Source: Octopus bimaculoides
Taxonomy: Eukaryota
Reading direction: 5' to 3'
NCBI RefSeq assembly: GCF_001194135.2
Contig: NC_068997.1
Coordinates: 11,620,620-11,684,619 of the forward strand
Length of the DNA: 64,000 nt
The translations under genes and the position numbers were made by a program. Shown here in pieces: positions 23,713 through 39,175 of this stretch (its first letter is position 1; every line of letters starts with the position of its first letter). The notes beneath the pieces were generated by a model, which saw nothing but the letters and a program-made list of their open reading frames with translations, did not search any database and was not told where the DNA came from.

Positions 23713-24508
23713 ATAATACACGTACCTACCTACCTACCTACCTACATACATACATACATACATACACACCTACATTTACAATGTATATATGCATACATTT
23801 AATAAAATTTAGTTAAATTACCACAGAAATATAAGTAGTAGTATGCCATTTATGAATCTGTTAGAAGCGGTTAGATGAATGTTAAAATAGATACAACAGT
23901 CAGCGTACCGGCCACGCATGCAGATCTATAACATTTATATAAAGCTTATATAAGTCCAGGTCATTTTATCTCAAAATATTGAAATCATCATTCACAACAT
24001 CCTATTAGATTTATAGAGTGTACATAGACAATTTCATTATTTTAAATACACACCGTGGGATTCGCTTAGATGATCAGAGCAATAAATAACACAGAGTAAC
24101 TATCAGTGAAGAACATAATTAGATTATATATGGAGTCAACGTCTGGCTAATTGTTCCACATATCATTTATTACAGCATGCAATTCATTACGTTTAAAAGA
24201 TTAATAAAGTCGAAATTTAAAGCAGATATATAAAGAAGGAATCACTACCGCATTCTGAGAATTACCACATGAAAGAAGAAAAAAGCGAAGCCTGGAATAA
24301 CAAATGCTGTCAAAAGGAAATCGTTTTTAAAATGATATTAGAAACGTATGTATCAAAGTAAATTGTTAAAGACACACGCTCAATAGAGGAAATATAATTA
24401 TTATTTACAAAATCACAGCTTGTATATAAATGGTAAAGTAAAAATGAAAATAAAGCACGTATATATATACTCTATATACACACACACACATATATGTATG
24501 TATGTATG

Positions 24509-24553
<45 letters not shown>

Positions 24554-24600
24554 NNNNNNNNNNNNNNNNNNNNNNNNNNNNNNNNNNNNNNNNNNNNNNN

Positions 24601-24653
<53 letters not shown>

Positions 24654-25559
24654 TAAGAGTGAAAGTGAGAGAGAAATTTCAGTAATTTGATAGATTGAAA
24701 TATATAGGCATATGAATCACTGGCAATGCGTATAATTTGAACGCAAACTGTGTTGTAATTCAATAAAAAATCTCTTTAGTCCCATAGTGATTAATTAAGC
24801 GCCGAATTTAAGATGCTGAAATAGAAAATAATCAGTGAAATATTATAGCAAAATGAAGATTGGAAACGCTATCATTAACACTTCATAAATTTAGTCATTT
24901 AGCTAAAAGGAATTTTTTAATATACCTCGTTTCATTTATGAAAATTAAAAAAAAAATCATCACTATTTCATTTCATTTATTCATATAAACAGACTTATGC
25001 ATTCTGATTTGTAATGCCTCCAACGAACACAACTTACAACTATCCCTGTCCCATCTATATGAAAGCGTCGCACGGCTGATAAATCTAGGAAAATTTATTT
25101 CTTTCAGATCGAAAATAAATTAAGCTAATTAAGTGGTATGCAATATTTCTTTGCGGTTAAAAGAATGTACATGAATAATCCATTGAAATAAAAAAAAAAA
25201 ATTAAATGCTGTTGCATGTGTATCGCAGTATATTTTACCAAGTGTTTCAACAGGACATTTATTTACTAAATTTGTTCGAAGGCATTGTTTACGGAAGAGC
25301 ACCTATTTTGATCCTTAACCGTAGAAACATTTAATGTACCAGTATTAATGATGTGATTTTTAGAATATGTTACAGCAACAGCATCATTTATTCGATACAG
25401 AGCCGTATTAGTATCCGTGCATCTCTGACTGAGGAACTTAAAATCTCGCGACCCCTGGAAATACTAAATTCCTAGTCTTCATAACAGCTGTATCGTCAAC
25501 AATGTTAGGTGTAGTAGATTACGTTAATATCAGAGTTTGCCACATAGATATTATGCTAT

Positions 25560-25660
25560 ACTTACTAAGAATGGGAAAGTCCATCTCCAATGTTCGGAGG
25601 AAAATGTGAAGTATATCGGGGGTAATTTTATAACCGATAGGTACAGGTTGCAATCCATTT
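25560..25660 (+). mobile_element. Possible decayed non-LTR reverse transcriptase fragment
   Basis: KNGKVHLQCSEENVKYIGGNF resembles the LNG...E.VKYLG segment of LINE RTs. Single motif only. Confidence 0.25.
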
Positions 25661-25866
25661 TATTTCGCTTACGCCTGTTGGGATTGATTATTTCACCATT
25701 GCTGTTATTTAGGTTAGTGACATATCTAAATTTAGTATTAGTTGTTCTAAGACTATTATAAGACTATTACCAGTATTACCATCGTTGTGAAGCTTGGAAT
25801 ATTTGTATCCTGTCTTAAGCTTACAAGATAGAAACTGTTTTCAAGCTATCAAGATATGATTTTTAA

Positions 25867-25917
<51 letters not shown>

Positions 25918-27163
25918 GGGCTTGTTTCAGTTTCTTTCATTCGGTTCTAGGTGACAAATATTTCCAGATGTTATGTGGTTTTATTTTTAAGTGAGATCTC
26001 AGGTGCGTTCCTATGAAATCACAAATTTCGGAAAAAAGAACGTTGGATCAATGCTTTTTTGCGCCATATTCTTCATTGTCTCTTACATTGCACGTTCGCT
26101 TTTGTCTATGTGGTAGGGTTACGGAGGAGAGTTTAAATTACTGACAGTTGATTTAAATAATTATTTTCTTCTGTCTTTGTTGTATTACTTGGAATTTGCA
26201 GCAACAAATATAACAATTCATGTATGAAGTTGTGCTTATATCTATCTCATCGGAATATACCAAAGACATATGTTATATTGTCGATTTTCTCATTTCCTCA
26301 GAGTACAGGAGACAGACGCCGTTGGGTTTAGTGTTTTAGTCACCATTTTTCTCTTTCAGAGTAGATGTAAACAACATATTTTGACAAACATTTTATGTTC
26401 AAACTTTGTTTAGTTTGACTAAACATTTCCAAATATAAATACAATGTCAAATATATTCACGCACACTCAAGGCATCAACATATTTATCACCAGAACGCAA
26501 TGTATATTTTCATAATGAAAAAGAATTTCAAAGTTACAAAATGTTTATTATGATATGAAACAAAATGCAAATATATCATTTCTCATTAATTATAATTGCA
26601 AAGCCATAAAAAGCTATAATTAAATGATGAAAATAGTATTTATTTAATGGTAAAATATTTATTTAATGTATTAGAAGAAATTATCTATTCAAAATTGACA
26701 GTAATGAAGTGAAATGTGGAGGTGTCGCTGCTATGTATCATATATTATCTATTTTCCAGCTGTTTAGCTCTATTACTATTCCGAATTTCACACATCGGAT
26801 GAGATGTTTTTTAACCTTTACAGCCTGGAAATTCATTCTTAAATCCAACTTTTCCTTTTAAGATAGTAGGATAAAATTTTATGGAGACTCAATTGCTCTT
26901 ACAAGCTGGTTAAGGGATTAGGCTGTTGCCTCACGCTTAACGCTGGCAAAAAGGAACAAGACGCACCCTATTCCGTTTTATAAAGTCATATTACACGGGA
27001 TTACGGTGCAAATATTTATGGTATGTAATACAATACTTACTACGATAATAATTTTATTTCGAATACTTGTTTTTTGGGGTAGAAGAATTTTATTTATCCA
27101 CAGTATTTTGTCAGTTTCATGTCATAATGTAAAAAAATCACATAGAATATCGAATCCGAAGAA

Positions 27164-27565
27164 AATCAGTGTAGAATAACAGACGAATGCTCGCTACAAC
27201 ACCAATGAAAAGTAAACTGTATAATGTATGAAGCCAAAATTACACCAGCTGAAAGCAAACTAAGAGAGGGTGGAGAAAAATATGTAGGTGTGGTGCAAGA
27301 CCGGTCTAAGCTACAAGTACTACTTACATACTGCTTCCCTTAACATCTGGAAAAAAGGACAACAATGACTCTGGCGAAGTGAGTCAAGGAAATTAAAACA
27401 AAAATGATACCATATAACATGAAATACAAAATTGCTGGTAAGTACAGGCCGTGTCAGGAAAAAACAGTAGATAGGTTCTTTGCATCACTGAGATGTTTCT
27501 ATATTGCAAGAATTAAAATTCAATGATACCTGAAGTCCTGATCTTACGAGGATGCTTGTTCATCA
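27164..27565 (+). mobile_element. Penelope-like element GIY-YIG endonuclease remnant
   Basis: NQCRITDEC (CxC...C linker), NCIMYEAKIT...EKYVGV (GIY-YIG-like), YYLHTASL, TLAK*VKEIKTKMIPYNMKYKI...RPC. The motif order matches Penelope endonucleases; stops and frameshifts present. Confidence 0.7.
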
Positions 27566-28082
27566 ATCCCCACTTACTGTCTGCTGGAAGATTTAGAGGA
27601 ATGAGTACCGAAATTCTACAACTAGCCAATACGTGGCCACCTTAATTAGCTTTGGAAATTAAATCCACTGATTCACATGTACACATATGCTCATAAGCAT
27701 AAATATCTCAAATATAGCAATGAACACAGACCTGTTATACCGAGGATACAAACTAACTGTACAAGCACATACACACACAGCACAAACAAACAGGAATAGG
27801 AAAACGAACCTGCCCACAACGTACAATATCTACAACCCAAGAAAATTTTGATAACTTTTCACCTAAATATGATAGGAGTTATGGCCCTGCTCAATTTTGT
27901 CCCCTCGAATAATGATCTCAACATAATATTGCCACTTTATTTGGGACTGATCAGAGATCCATAAAGAAACCACGCGTTAAATAATTGTCTGTAAATATTT
28001 ATTACACAACTACGGTTCCTCTAGCTGTGCCGAAAGACTATATTAATGATAATAAGAATCATGTATATGTATATATATATAT

Positions 28083-28094
28083 AGAGAGAGAGAA

Positions 28095-28186
<92 letters not shown>
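28083..28186. repeat. (AG)n microsatellite
   Basis: Seen directly. Confidence 0.97.
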
Positions 28187-29076
28187 TGAGTGGGGAGGGA
28201 CGTTGTTTTAGCTTGTTTCGATGTCTAGCTAGGCAGAATAGTTTTGCTTCTAAAAATTTTACAGTAGAAAAAGATTACCGATAGATATGATGAAAATATG
28301 TACAAGGTGCGGTTTAATCGCCGAACCTCTTCAACGTGGTAGCATATTATGGGCAATACCAGTGACTGAAACACGCAGAAGTATAAAAGAAAAAGAGACA
28401 GGTGATGAAGATTCATTATTTAATTATAGTTAGATGAACATATAGAAATATTATATACATCATTGTTATAACCTGTTCATGTACATTGTTCTGGAAGGAT
28501 TCTCAGGTGTGTTTATGCATTTCGCTTTGTTTATACCAATAATGAAAATCACGAACGCATTCATGTGCATGATTGTATATAAATGAACCTTAGAAAACAC
28601 CATTTTAAATAGTTACTCGATTAATTGAAATATACTACTAGTATGATATTCCATTGTGTGCAATTCAAATACATACAATATGAAACATTGTCTTCGATGT
28701 TGTTTATTTTTTCCTTGACTCACAGCTTAAATATATACTGGAGGTGAAATAATGTGAATAAATTCCTGATATTTATATATCATATTTAGAGATTACAGAA
28801 GTTTAGCAATCATTAATGCATTTCCCATTTGGAAATGTGATATTAAATGAAAGATAAACAAAACATATGATATATTATATTTTGAATTATCGGCGTAACA
28901 GAAGTGACAATAGTAATCAAAACCTCAGTAAGCGATTAGACTAAAAACAATTCACAGTTTGGGAACAACACGCTGCTTGTCACGATCATTATAGGTGGTA
29001 CAATATCGCAATTGTTAATATAAACATTATGAAAAAATAACATTATTACATGTATGCATGTATATGCATGTATGTG

Positions 29077-29166
<90 letters not shown>

Positions 29167-29613
29167 NNNNNNNNNNNNNNNNNNNNNNNNNNNNNNNNNN
29201 NNNNNNNNNNNNNNNNNNNNNNNNNNNNNNNNNNNNNNNNNNNNNNNNNNNNNNNNNNNNNNNNNNNNNNNNNNNNNNNNNNNNNNNNNNNNNNNATATA
29301 TATGTATGTATAGAAACACCATGTGATTCGTAAGAATTCACAGCTGTAACAATACAAGATAAAACGGCTTATGGTATAACATTCAGCATAAGTACTCTAC
29401 GTTCAATTCCTACAGTTGGATGACTCTACGAAAGAATGTTTCCAGTATACACTGTAAAATATTTGGTTAAATCTACCCGCAAATATCACTGCCAAAAATC
29501 TAAAATGTGATGGTCATATTCGAGGTAAGTTAAAGAAGCGTGTACCCATTCCATCGTGGTATACAAGACATGACATTTTGATTATCATAACGATGACGAC
29601 GAAGACATTGATA

Positions 29614-29656
<43 letters not shown>

Positions 29657-32600
29657 GGAAGAACTTATGACTTATTTTATTTCATTCCTTTCAACCTTCA
29701 CCACCACATATCACACTGCATTGATGTAAATATGTTATTGGCATTTGCGCGAGGTTATACATATATGTGTGTGTGCGTGTGCATATGTGCGATTTTGCGA
29801 GTGCGTGCGTGTGTGTGTGTATGTTTGTGTGTGTGTGTGTGTCTGTTCTATGTCTGTGTGTGTACAAGTGGAAGCCTAACCATGTAAGTGTATGTAAATC
29901 CCTGTTAACACAAAGAGATCTGTCAAGTATCTATGTATTTAAACGCAATACAATGCTCTTTGTATATTGCAAGCATATTCATATGGAAACTGGTAAACGC
30001 ACAACATTTTTTCTCCNNNNNNNNNNNNNNNNNNNNNNNNNNNNNNNNNNNNNNNNNNNNNNNNNNNNNNNNNNNNNNNNNNNNNNNNNNNNNNNNNNNN
30101 NNNNNNNNNNNNNNNNNNNNNNNNNNNNNNNNNNNNNNNNNNNNNNNNNNNNNNNNNNNNNNNNNNNNNNNNNNNNNNNNNNNNNNNNNNNNNNNNNNNN
30201 NNNNNNNNNNNNNNNNNNNNNNNNNNNNNNNNNNNNNNNNNNNNNNNNNNNNNNNNNNNNNNNNNNNNNNNNNNNNNNNNNNNNNNNNNNNNNNNNNNNN
30301 NNNNNNNNNNNNNNNNNNNNNNNNNNNNNNNNNNNNNNNNNNNNNNNNNNNNNNNNNNNNNNNNNNNNNNNNNNNNNNNNNNNNNNNNNNNNNNNNNNNN
30401 NNNNNNNNNNNNNNNNNNNNNNNNNNNNNNNNNNNNNNNNNNNNNNNNNNNNNNNNNNNNNNNNNNNNNNNNNNNNNNNNNNNNNNNNNNNNNNNNNNNN
30501 NNNNNNNNNNNNNNNNNNNNNNNNNNNNNNNNNNNNNNNNNNNNNNNNNNNNNNNNNNNNNNNNNNNNNNNNNNNNNNNNNNNNNNNNNNNNNNNNNNNN
30601 NNNNNNNNNNNNNNNNNNNNNNNNNNNNNNNNNNNNNNNNNNNNNNNNNNNNNNNNNNNNNNNNNNNNNNNNNNNNNNNNNNNNNNNNNNNNNNNNNNNN
30701 NNNNNNNNNNNNNNNNNNNNNNNNNNNTATATATATATATATATATACAAATATGTATCTGTATACATGTATTCATACATAATTCCTTACACTTATATGC
30801 AAATGAAGCTCAGGCAATAACATGCACAAACACACCGGCCGAGAGACAATTAAGACCAAGTGAGAGTGGGAAAATGAATGATTTCTGTAACGAAAATGGC
30901 AGATAGACAGACAGACAGATAGATAGATAGATAGATAGAGGGCAGTATTAACTGCACGATTGTAGTATATACTATAAATGCAAATGGCTGAATATTTTTC
31001 ATTAACGTTGATATTTTCATTATGAAACCAGTAGTCATATAGAACTTCGCTCACAGATGTGTATTGAGAGACAAAACAGATATGTATGCAAGAATGCACA
31101 CTCAGATTTTAAACGCACACACATACACACACACACATACATATATACATGCACACATCATCGCTTCACATAATATGCATGCACATAGTAAAGCACATAT
31201 CTGGTAACCATTCTGAAATCGTTCAAGCAACCAATTGTAAGTTTGCTGATAATATTCAATAATTAGACGATTGCAAATGCACTGTCTAATAATAAATCAA
31301 CCCAGCAAATAGGACGTGTAACACATAAGCACCAAGTAGCATAATCAGAAATAGATTTAAAAACGAAGTCCAATGTAAAATTTACAAAAGAAATCACACA
31401 TAAAGCTACGATATATTAACTAGTCCGCATTATTAATCTGCGCTTTCGATAGCAAAGTCGAGTAGGGTGCAAAAACACTATTCTAATGTATTTGGGCTCT
31501 GAACTAGAACAATATTGATAACGTGTCGATATTTCATTCCATAGTTGGATCCGCTTCTATGGAATAAAGCTGTAACGCCAAACGAACAAAATATTGGCTT
31601 CGCTAAAGAGAAGAAATATGAAATATTTCTGTGAGTTCTTTCAAATTTTTTGACAGAAGAGAAAGAAAGATAAGAATGGAAGAAAATATGTATTAAAGAA
31701 AGGGAACAAAAAAAACTCAAAGTCATGAAAAGATAATTCTCTTTATTATAATCTTTTCATTCGTGTCCTAGCAATGGAAATAGCACTAACATTAGGTAGG
31801 TTTGTCTGGAAGCAATTTATTTCATATTATGTAGCTTTTTCATCAATTGTTATTATTCAAATATACTTCCATATACTTGCACGCACATCTATCTATCTAT
31901 TTATCTATCTACACACACGCACACACACACACACATACACACACACACACACACGCATTTATACATATATGTAAAGGTAGAGACAAAGCAATAGGTAGAC
32001 TTTTAGATATGTGTGTGTATATATGAACATACATACACACATATNNNNNNNNNNNNNNNNNNNNNNNNNNNNNNNNNNNNNNNNNNNNNNNNNNNNNNNN
32101 NNNNNNNNNNNNNNNNNNNNNNNNNNNNNNNNNNNNNNNNNNNNNNNNNNNNNNNNNNNNNNNNNNNNNNNNNNNNNNNNNNNNNNNNNNNNNNNNNNNN
32201 NNNNNNNNNNNNNNNNNNNNNNNNNNNNNNNNNNNNNNNNNNNNNNNNNNNNNNNNNNNNNNNNNNNNNNNNNNNNNNNNNNNNNNNNNNNNNNNNNNAT
32301 ATATATATATATATATATATACATAATGTTTGTGTGTGTGTATCGGACGACGTGACTATATCTTTATAAATGTGTCCGTCACATTTCTTCTTTTGTATTC
32401 ATAACTTTCACAATAACAAATATAACATTCATTTATATCTGTGTCAACGTTTTTACTTCTAGCGAATTGTCGAATCTTTTCGTCATATTCTGTGTGCATG
32501 AACAAGTTTTACTATCCTTTTAAGAATAATGGAATGAATATGAGTTACCATTGCCAGAAATTGGTTTTCAACTTTGTTATATACTTACTCTTTTATTGAC

Positions 32601-33529
32601 ATCAAAATTTTGTGCGTTGTGACAGATCATGGATATATAGGTTGGAACAGGTTTCATTATTTACGGCTTTAGCTGATAAGTATAAACAATTCAAAAAATA
32701 TTCTATGATGTATTTATTAGCGTGTATATTTATCGTGTATTTGTGTGGAAATGATGATGAAATTGTGAATAGCTATTGTATCTATATATCGAACTGTCTA
32801 TTTCTGTGTGTTTATCAGAGTTTGGGAACTCGTGTGCTTAGAATATGTTTTGTTAAATGCACTGTTTTAATATTGAATATGAGTTAAAACAATGAGTCCC
32901 AAAATGAAACGCGTTGTTTCCAAAGTCACTGAACGACAAATACATTCATATTATGCTAATGCACATTCCATAGAAATGAACATTTTTTGTTTGTTAGATT
33001 TTCTTTTGTGCAGTAAATTTTGTGCCGGGCCACTGCATTTAGCGATTATCACGCTGATTTATGGGCAGCCATGTTTCTAATTATGCGACCGCCTTTGTAT
33101 TTTGGATACAATCGTAACAATTAAAATTTTAGAAGTATTAGAAGTACTAGTAATAGTCATATTTCCAATCGGTTATAACAAAATTACTCAAAAAAATATT
33201 CATTTATGAAATTGTATCCAGTGAAAAACGTTGTAAAATTTTAATAAATATGAATAAATCATGGTTAATTACGAAATCAAAAATATTGTTGATTTTTCAC
33301 GTAAACGACATTAAGGATACACTGCATGGATAAGTGTTTAAATAACGTTCTGTTTTTCATGGGTTTCGATAGATTTATATTCTTTACAATGTCTAGATTT
33401 ATTGTAAAGCGTTTATTATTTATTTTGTTCAGTGAAACAAAATTGATACAAATCTAATATATCTCTTACCAATTGGTGTCATTCCTATCTCTTACTAATT
33501 GGTGTCATCCAGTGTGGCACCACATAATG

Positions 33530-33824
33530 CAGGTGTCGGCGAACCGGGGTAAATTACGCAAGTCGGTGAAAAATGAAATTCTAGACGTAAGTAAAATTAT
33601 ATACAAACGTGTTCCTTGTTCCAACATAAATTTTGCTTCTGGCAACACTGCATCTGTCCAATATAATGGACGTGTAAATAAATTCATATAAATAGATGCA
33701 AGAAAATAGATTCAATATACCTGTTCGATTAAAAGGATCTATGATTTTCTTCCTTTCAAATGAAGGGGTAATGTCGGCGTAAATAAATATATGGTAGCTG
33801 ATTAAAAACGTTCCCCGCGCCCTG
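33530..33824. mobile_element. hAT-type MITE (295 bp)
   Basis: TIRs CAGGTGTCGGCGAACC / CAGGGCGCGGGGAACG (11/16), flanked by 8-bp near-duplicates ACATAATG / ACATAAGT. A CAGG start with an 8-bp TSD is the hAT signature. Confidence 0.55.
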
Positions 33825-34101
33825 ACATAAGTGATAAGTTGTAGCATAATGTACATTGCCGCTTATAAATAGTTTCAAGATAAGGTCTAAAAATTAAGAC
33901 AAATCTTTGTTTTTCGTACCAACTTAGTTTCTTCAAAAGAATTCATTAACGTATGCCACACAATCATCTAATAATTTTATTCCCTTATCATCGCTTTCAT
34001 AAATGAAAGCAAACAACGTATCATTCGTGAAAGTATTAACAAAGAAACCATTTTAATAAGAGTTAAAACAACTAATAGCCACAAAAAGCTGTTGCAACTA
34101 T

Positions 34102-34151
34102 GAGTTGTTTTAACTCTTATTTCTAGCAACGCTGGTGCTGACTAGCGCCCT
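34102..34151 (+). repeat. Dispersed ~50-bp repeat, copy 1 (copy 2 at 53509-53557)
   Basis: Identical core ACTCTTATTTCTAGCAACGCTGGTGCT with similar flanks. Confidence 0.8.
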
Positions 34152-36239
34152 CTCCACTTGAAGTTCCAAGCGTTGCACTTGCAGAATCGTATGCACTCAC
34201 TTATACACAAATAAGTATATCTCAAGATTATTTGAGGCAAAATGTGATAGAGTGTCGCTTATGGTAATTTCCAATATTTGGTTAAGTCCATATAGTTTGA
34301 TAAAATAAACATTCTTCGTTTATTGTGGTTTCTCTTATTGTCCATGCTTTCCCAAACATTTCTGGCAACGTCAGATATTCATTAGAAAGCATAGGAATTC
34401 GTTAAATTATTATTAAATCATTTGTTGTTTTGATTGTGTTTGTCATTTTATTACACAAGTGACCGCAGCTCAATAAGACTTGAGCATGCGCAATATTTTG
34501 CTTGGGTTTTGTATTTTTCTAGTGTCTTAGAAGCTATAGCACCTAATATTGTGTGGACTGTCTAATAATGCGCTTATGTCTGATGTATATGATCGAAAAT
34601 CTTCCGATTTATTATATTTATTGTCATTCACACTTCCGATTTATCATATTTACTGTCAGTCACATTTTATGGTGCTTATTTTCGGTTTCAGTTTTCATTT
34701 CCACGCACTTTGATTATCCCTACTCTTAAAGTTTTCATAGAATTTCTTTCTGTTTCAATTTCTGTAGAAGTTATACTGTCATTTAAGCCTCTAAGATATG
34801 AATGCAGGCACAACATTTTCTATTGGTCATTGGCGATATGTAGATGATTTGAAATAACATTGTCCCTAATATTTCGTATACCTGTAGGTATAGTTACTTT
34901 CTCATTCTCGGAGATATTTTATAACGTAAGTTAGTGCTTTAGGTTGACAACTTAATTTCCAGTGTGCAGCTATAAAACTGTCATGCTTGCGTATATTACT
35001 AAAGTGTGTGTACGTGTGAGCGTGCTTATGTGTATGTGTGCTTGTGTGTGCGTGCGTATACGAATGCGCGTTTGTGTGCATAATTGTGTGTGTTTGCGCG
35101 TATGTATGCGTGTGCGTAAGCAAATACAAACATACAACCACGTATATATATATATATATGTTTGGCTAAAACACGGCTGCTAGATAAGGTAATTGATTCT
35201 TTGTTTACGGCCTCCATCTACTTAGCAGTTACATCATGTATTGCACTTCGTTATATGTATCTGGTAGGTCTCCGCCAAAATTGTTGAATCTTTTGTTTGC
35301 TTGATTTTCTATCCTCATTAATTTCACTTTCATATTATTAGCCAAGTTAATGCTGTTCTTGCCTCCGTGAATTTATTTGTTAGTATGCATTTACATCATA
35401 TACATTCATGACATTTTTCGAATAATTTCTAACGTTTAATCGTTTTCATGGCATTTGTATGTCCGCATCCCATCCGTAGTTTAGGGAGTAACTGTTTTTC
35501 TTTCTTTGTTTTTCTAGCGGTTTGTGTAGAATAATCAAGATACGCTTTTTGTCATATTTTCAAATGCTATTGGCATATAATTTTCCTTTGGATCTACTTC
35601 GTTGTAGTCCAACGTTAGATATATTACGAAAATATTCGATTTGTAGAAAATTGCCTATTTAAGGTAAACATAACCATCCTGTATATGAAAATGTTTCATT
35701 CTAAATGATTTATTCTGCGTGAAATAGTTATATTACTTGCATCATTGTTTAGTATTACTAACAGACTTATTGGCCGAACTAATTTGTGAAATAGTCACCG
35801 CAAAGATATATATTAAGAATGCGTTGAAGAATAGATTTTTCTGCAACTCCATAATCCTTGCTATAAGTTGTTTTATTTTTATTTTCATGTTCTATTTATA
35901 TTCAGACATGTTACTTAGATCAAAAGTGTGTATCTGTATGAATTAAGCTATCCATTCTACAAAATATCGTAATAGAGGCGTTCAGTACTTTATTGTCTTC
36001 AAGATTGCCTGGGTTCGTTTATCCACCTTGATTCACCAACAGGAACAACAATGTATTTCTCAATGGTCTCAGTTGTTATTGATCTGCAACATCTAACGTG
36101 TGCTTCCATGATTTTCTGTGGGTTTCTACCAGAACACATTCTGCAAAAGCTAAATATATATGAATGTCGTTTTGCTGGTAAGCTGCAGGGATGAAGTGAG
36201 AGAGAGAGAGAGACTTAGAGAGGCAGAAAGTGAGACATA

Positions 36240-36253
36240 GAGAGAAAGAAAAA

Positions 36254-36309
<56 letters not shown>

Positions 36310-36358
36310 AGAAAGAAAAAAAGAAAGAAAAAAGAAAGAAAGAAAGAAAGAAAGAAAA
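36240..36358. repeat. (AAAG)n microsatellite
   Basis: Seen directly. Confidence 0.95.
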
Positions 36359-39128
36359 ATGAAAGAAAGTGAGAAACAAACTTTATTAAGCGGAATTACT
36401 TTTATAATTCTGTTGCATGACATTTTAATGTGCATTGTCAGCTAATTATTATTGGCCTGCTTGATAAATCAGCTTGTTGTTAGGTCTATGTTATTCAAGA
36501 ACAATTTTTATACTGCTCGTTTGTGTTTATCAAGTGAAAGGCTTTCTGTTAATCAACCATACAACCTCTGAGTAAGTTCTTTCTTCGTCTATAGTTTACG
36601 TTATGTCACAGCTGATCAGTAGTTGAGCGTTATAAATCATTAGTGGATCCACTCAGTTCTTTTGGAAATTATATTGTTTTTTTTTCTTCTTATGTTGATA
36701 TTCCAAACCTGCAGCATTATCGCCGACAAGTAATATTCATATATTGACAAGCAGCATATGTACCGTTTGAGATATCTATCGTGATTATTGAAATCATCCA
36801 TTGTTCATGTTTTGCAATGGTTATCGTTATTCTCATTTCCAGTGGCGCTCCATTCCTATTCAGATTCGAGGAAAACCGTTTCGTCCTCGTGTCGAATTTT
36901 CTGACACATCATTTTATAACTGCCCATGCGTTCCTCTTTTACAAAGAGCTCATACTACAGTGGCTACTTCATTCTGAGCTTTCCAGTATTTGTTGTGCTG
37001 TTTTTACTGCAATATATTGCAGATTGTTTATCATTGTTCTTTATTAATTTCATGAAATACTGACAGTATCTTTCATGTTATATATTTTTTCAAGCATGTT
37101 TGCTTAGTGGAATGTTTTTCTTTGCTTTTATATATTTTCATCTGAGACGTACCAGAACACTTCTACTGGTGACAAACGTTTTCTATGAGCAACATATTTT
37201 TACGAACTGATATAGTGATATTCATCTTTACATTTTGTTGTTTTTGTGCTTATTTCCAGTACCTCATATGAGGTAGTGATTATCAGGTTGCGCAATTTCC
37301 AGTGTATTTATGGTGACACGATCACTAGATGTATCATTAATCAGCTCATGAGGCGGAGGCTCCACCCGTTTCTTTTCATTATATATATATATATATATAT
37401 ATATTTGAGTACATGGAAGTAGTCATTATAATAATTTGCGTGTTGATTCCCAAGTATATTCACTATCATAACTGCACTCCTTTCTTTCTGAAGGCTTGCA
37501 TTCAGGAAAAATTTGCAACACTGTTGGAATATTGCAGCACAAAATGACACTTGCTAGTTTACAAATTATAAATTCTGATGCATTTATACAGAATTGCCTC
37601 ATTGAAAGGTTTTTGCTATAGTAATGAATCAAAATCTTTTTCTCGAAAGCTCTCTCACAGTAAATGAACCAGTATATATTGATATATTCATATTTCAAAT
37701 TATTCCTATATTTCTCATTGCTTATTTATATATTTGCTCGTGGAATACTTACTTGATATACACTTATAAAAAACGTCTGTTTAGCATAGCATTCTTACTG
37801 AAATTTATATAAAAAACTTAGATTGAAATTTCCGGGAAAAGTATTTTCTGTATGATTGAGGAGACTGAAAATAGGATATGAATAATTAACGTCGTATTGC
37901 AGGTGAACTTAAGTCAACGTGCTACGAAAGGCATCAATGTAGGATCCTGATCCTGACAGATGTTCCTTCATCTCACTTACCACCTTATAAATGCATATTT
38001 TTGATAATGTAATCCGTGATAAATTTGTCAGAAGAATGAGTTAATAGAGAATGGTCGAATTTTGATCGCATTATGGTTAGGAATCTGCTGATTACAGCTG
38101 AACTGCAAGATTTTGCTAATATAACCACTTCATGGAAAGGTAAAACTAATAAAGAGCAAAGGGAACGACATTTTCATTATTTCACTATATAAATTTCATG
38201 TTGAGAGTGACACAAATTAAATACTTTCAAATGTAAGACAACGAAAAGCAAGGAGAGGTAAGAAGAGGAATAAGTATCTGAGAATTATCGATCAGAAAAA
38301 AACATGAGTTGAAAAGTTGATTGAAAATGGCAGCTAAATAATGACGATTAGAAATGTTTAGTCTAGAGACGAAAATGTCCGAGTTGTAATCTGGCATATA
38401 AAGGAAGTGTTATGACATTTTTAATTTGATTACGAATAACAAAAATTTCGAAAGAAATTAATCGAATATTAACTGTTTAATGTTACATGAATTATTACAT
38501 TATTTTGCTGCGGGGTTTCATATTGTTCATGTCAATGAGTTACACGTCATGTAGTACTGGGAATATCTTGAGTGGCAGCGAACTAATATTTTTGGCAATT
38601 TCCGAAAAGATTCATTCGCATTATTGAAGTGAAATGCCAATAAGAGCGAAACAAAATAATTTTTTTGTTACATCGATGCAAAGTTATGAGTTCCTAGATA
38701 TATTTTATAAAATAAGGCAAGTTCGATATAATGCATGAAGTGCAAAAATGAGTCGAAATTATCGAAGTTTTAAACTAAGGAGTGATTAAATTTATTGAAA
38801 TTGGATTGAATTGATTTGAAGAAAATACCTGCCCTGCCATGAAAATAGAACACTATAGAAAATTTACACCAGCGGTAAACCTGGTATTGTAATGTGAAAA
38901 CGAACATTGCAAACTGGTATCAGAATAGAGATGTATGCATTCTAGCTATTTATCGACCGTCTCTCACTCTATCTATTAACTGCCTGTTAACTACCTGTTG
39001 TTTTCCTGTAACAAGTAGGTATGTCAAATATTTGCTCTGTTATCTTGTTGAGGGACTGTCTATAGCTATTGAAATTAACTTATATTTCTTTTCTTTTGTA
39101 TGTTAAATAAATCTATGCTTGCGTGTAA

Positions 39129-39161
39129 TGACTAATTATATTTTGTTCTATTTTATTTCAG
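39129..39161 (+). promoter_or_regulatory. Branch point, pyrimidine tract and 3' splice acceptor of a 5'-UTR intron of the GPCR
   Basis: TGACTAAT (39129-39136), T-rich tract, then TTTCAG ending at 39161, 59 nt upstream of the ATG. Confidence 0.7.
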
Positions 39162-39175
39162 AAAACTAACATAAA

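Noticed and set aside
34820-34860. HWRYVDDLK, a reverse-transcriptase YxDD-like motif
   Set aside because: Isolated between stops with no colinear RT motifs; element class cannot be assigned.
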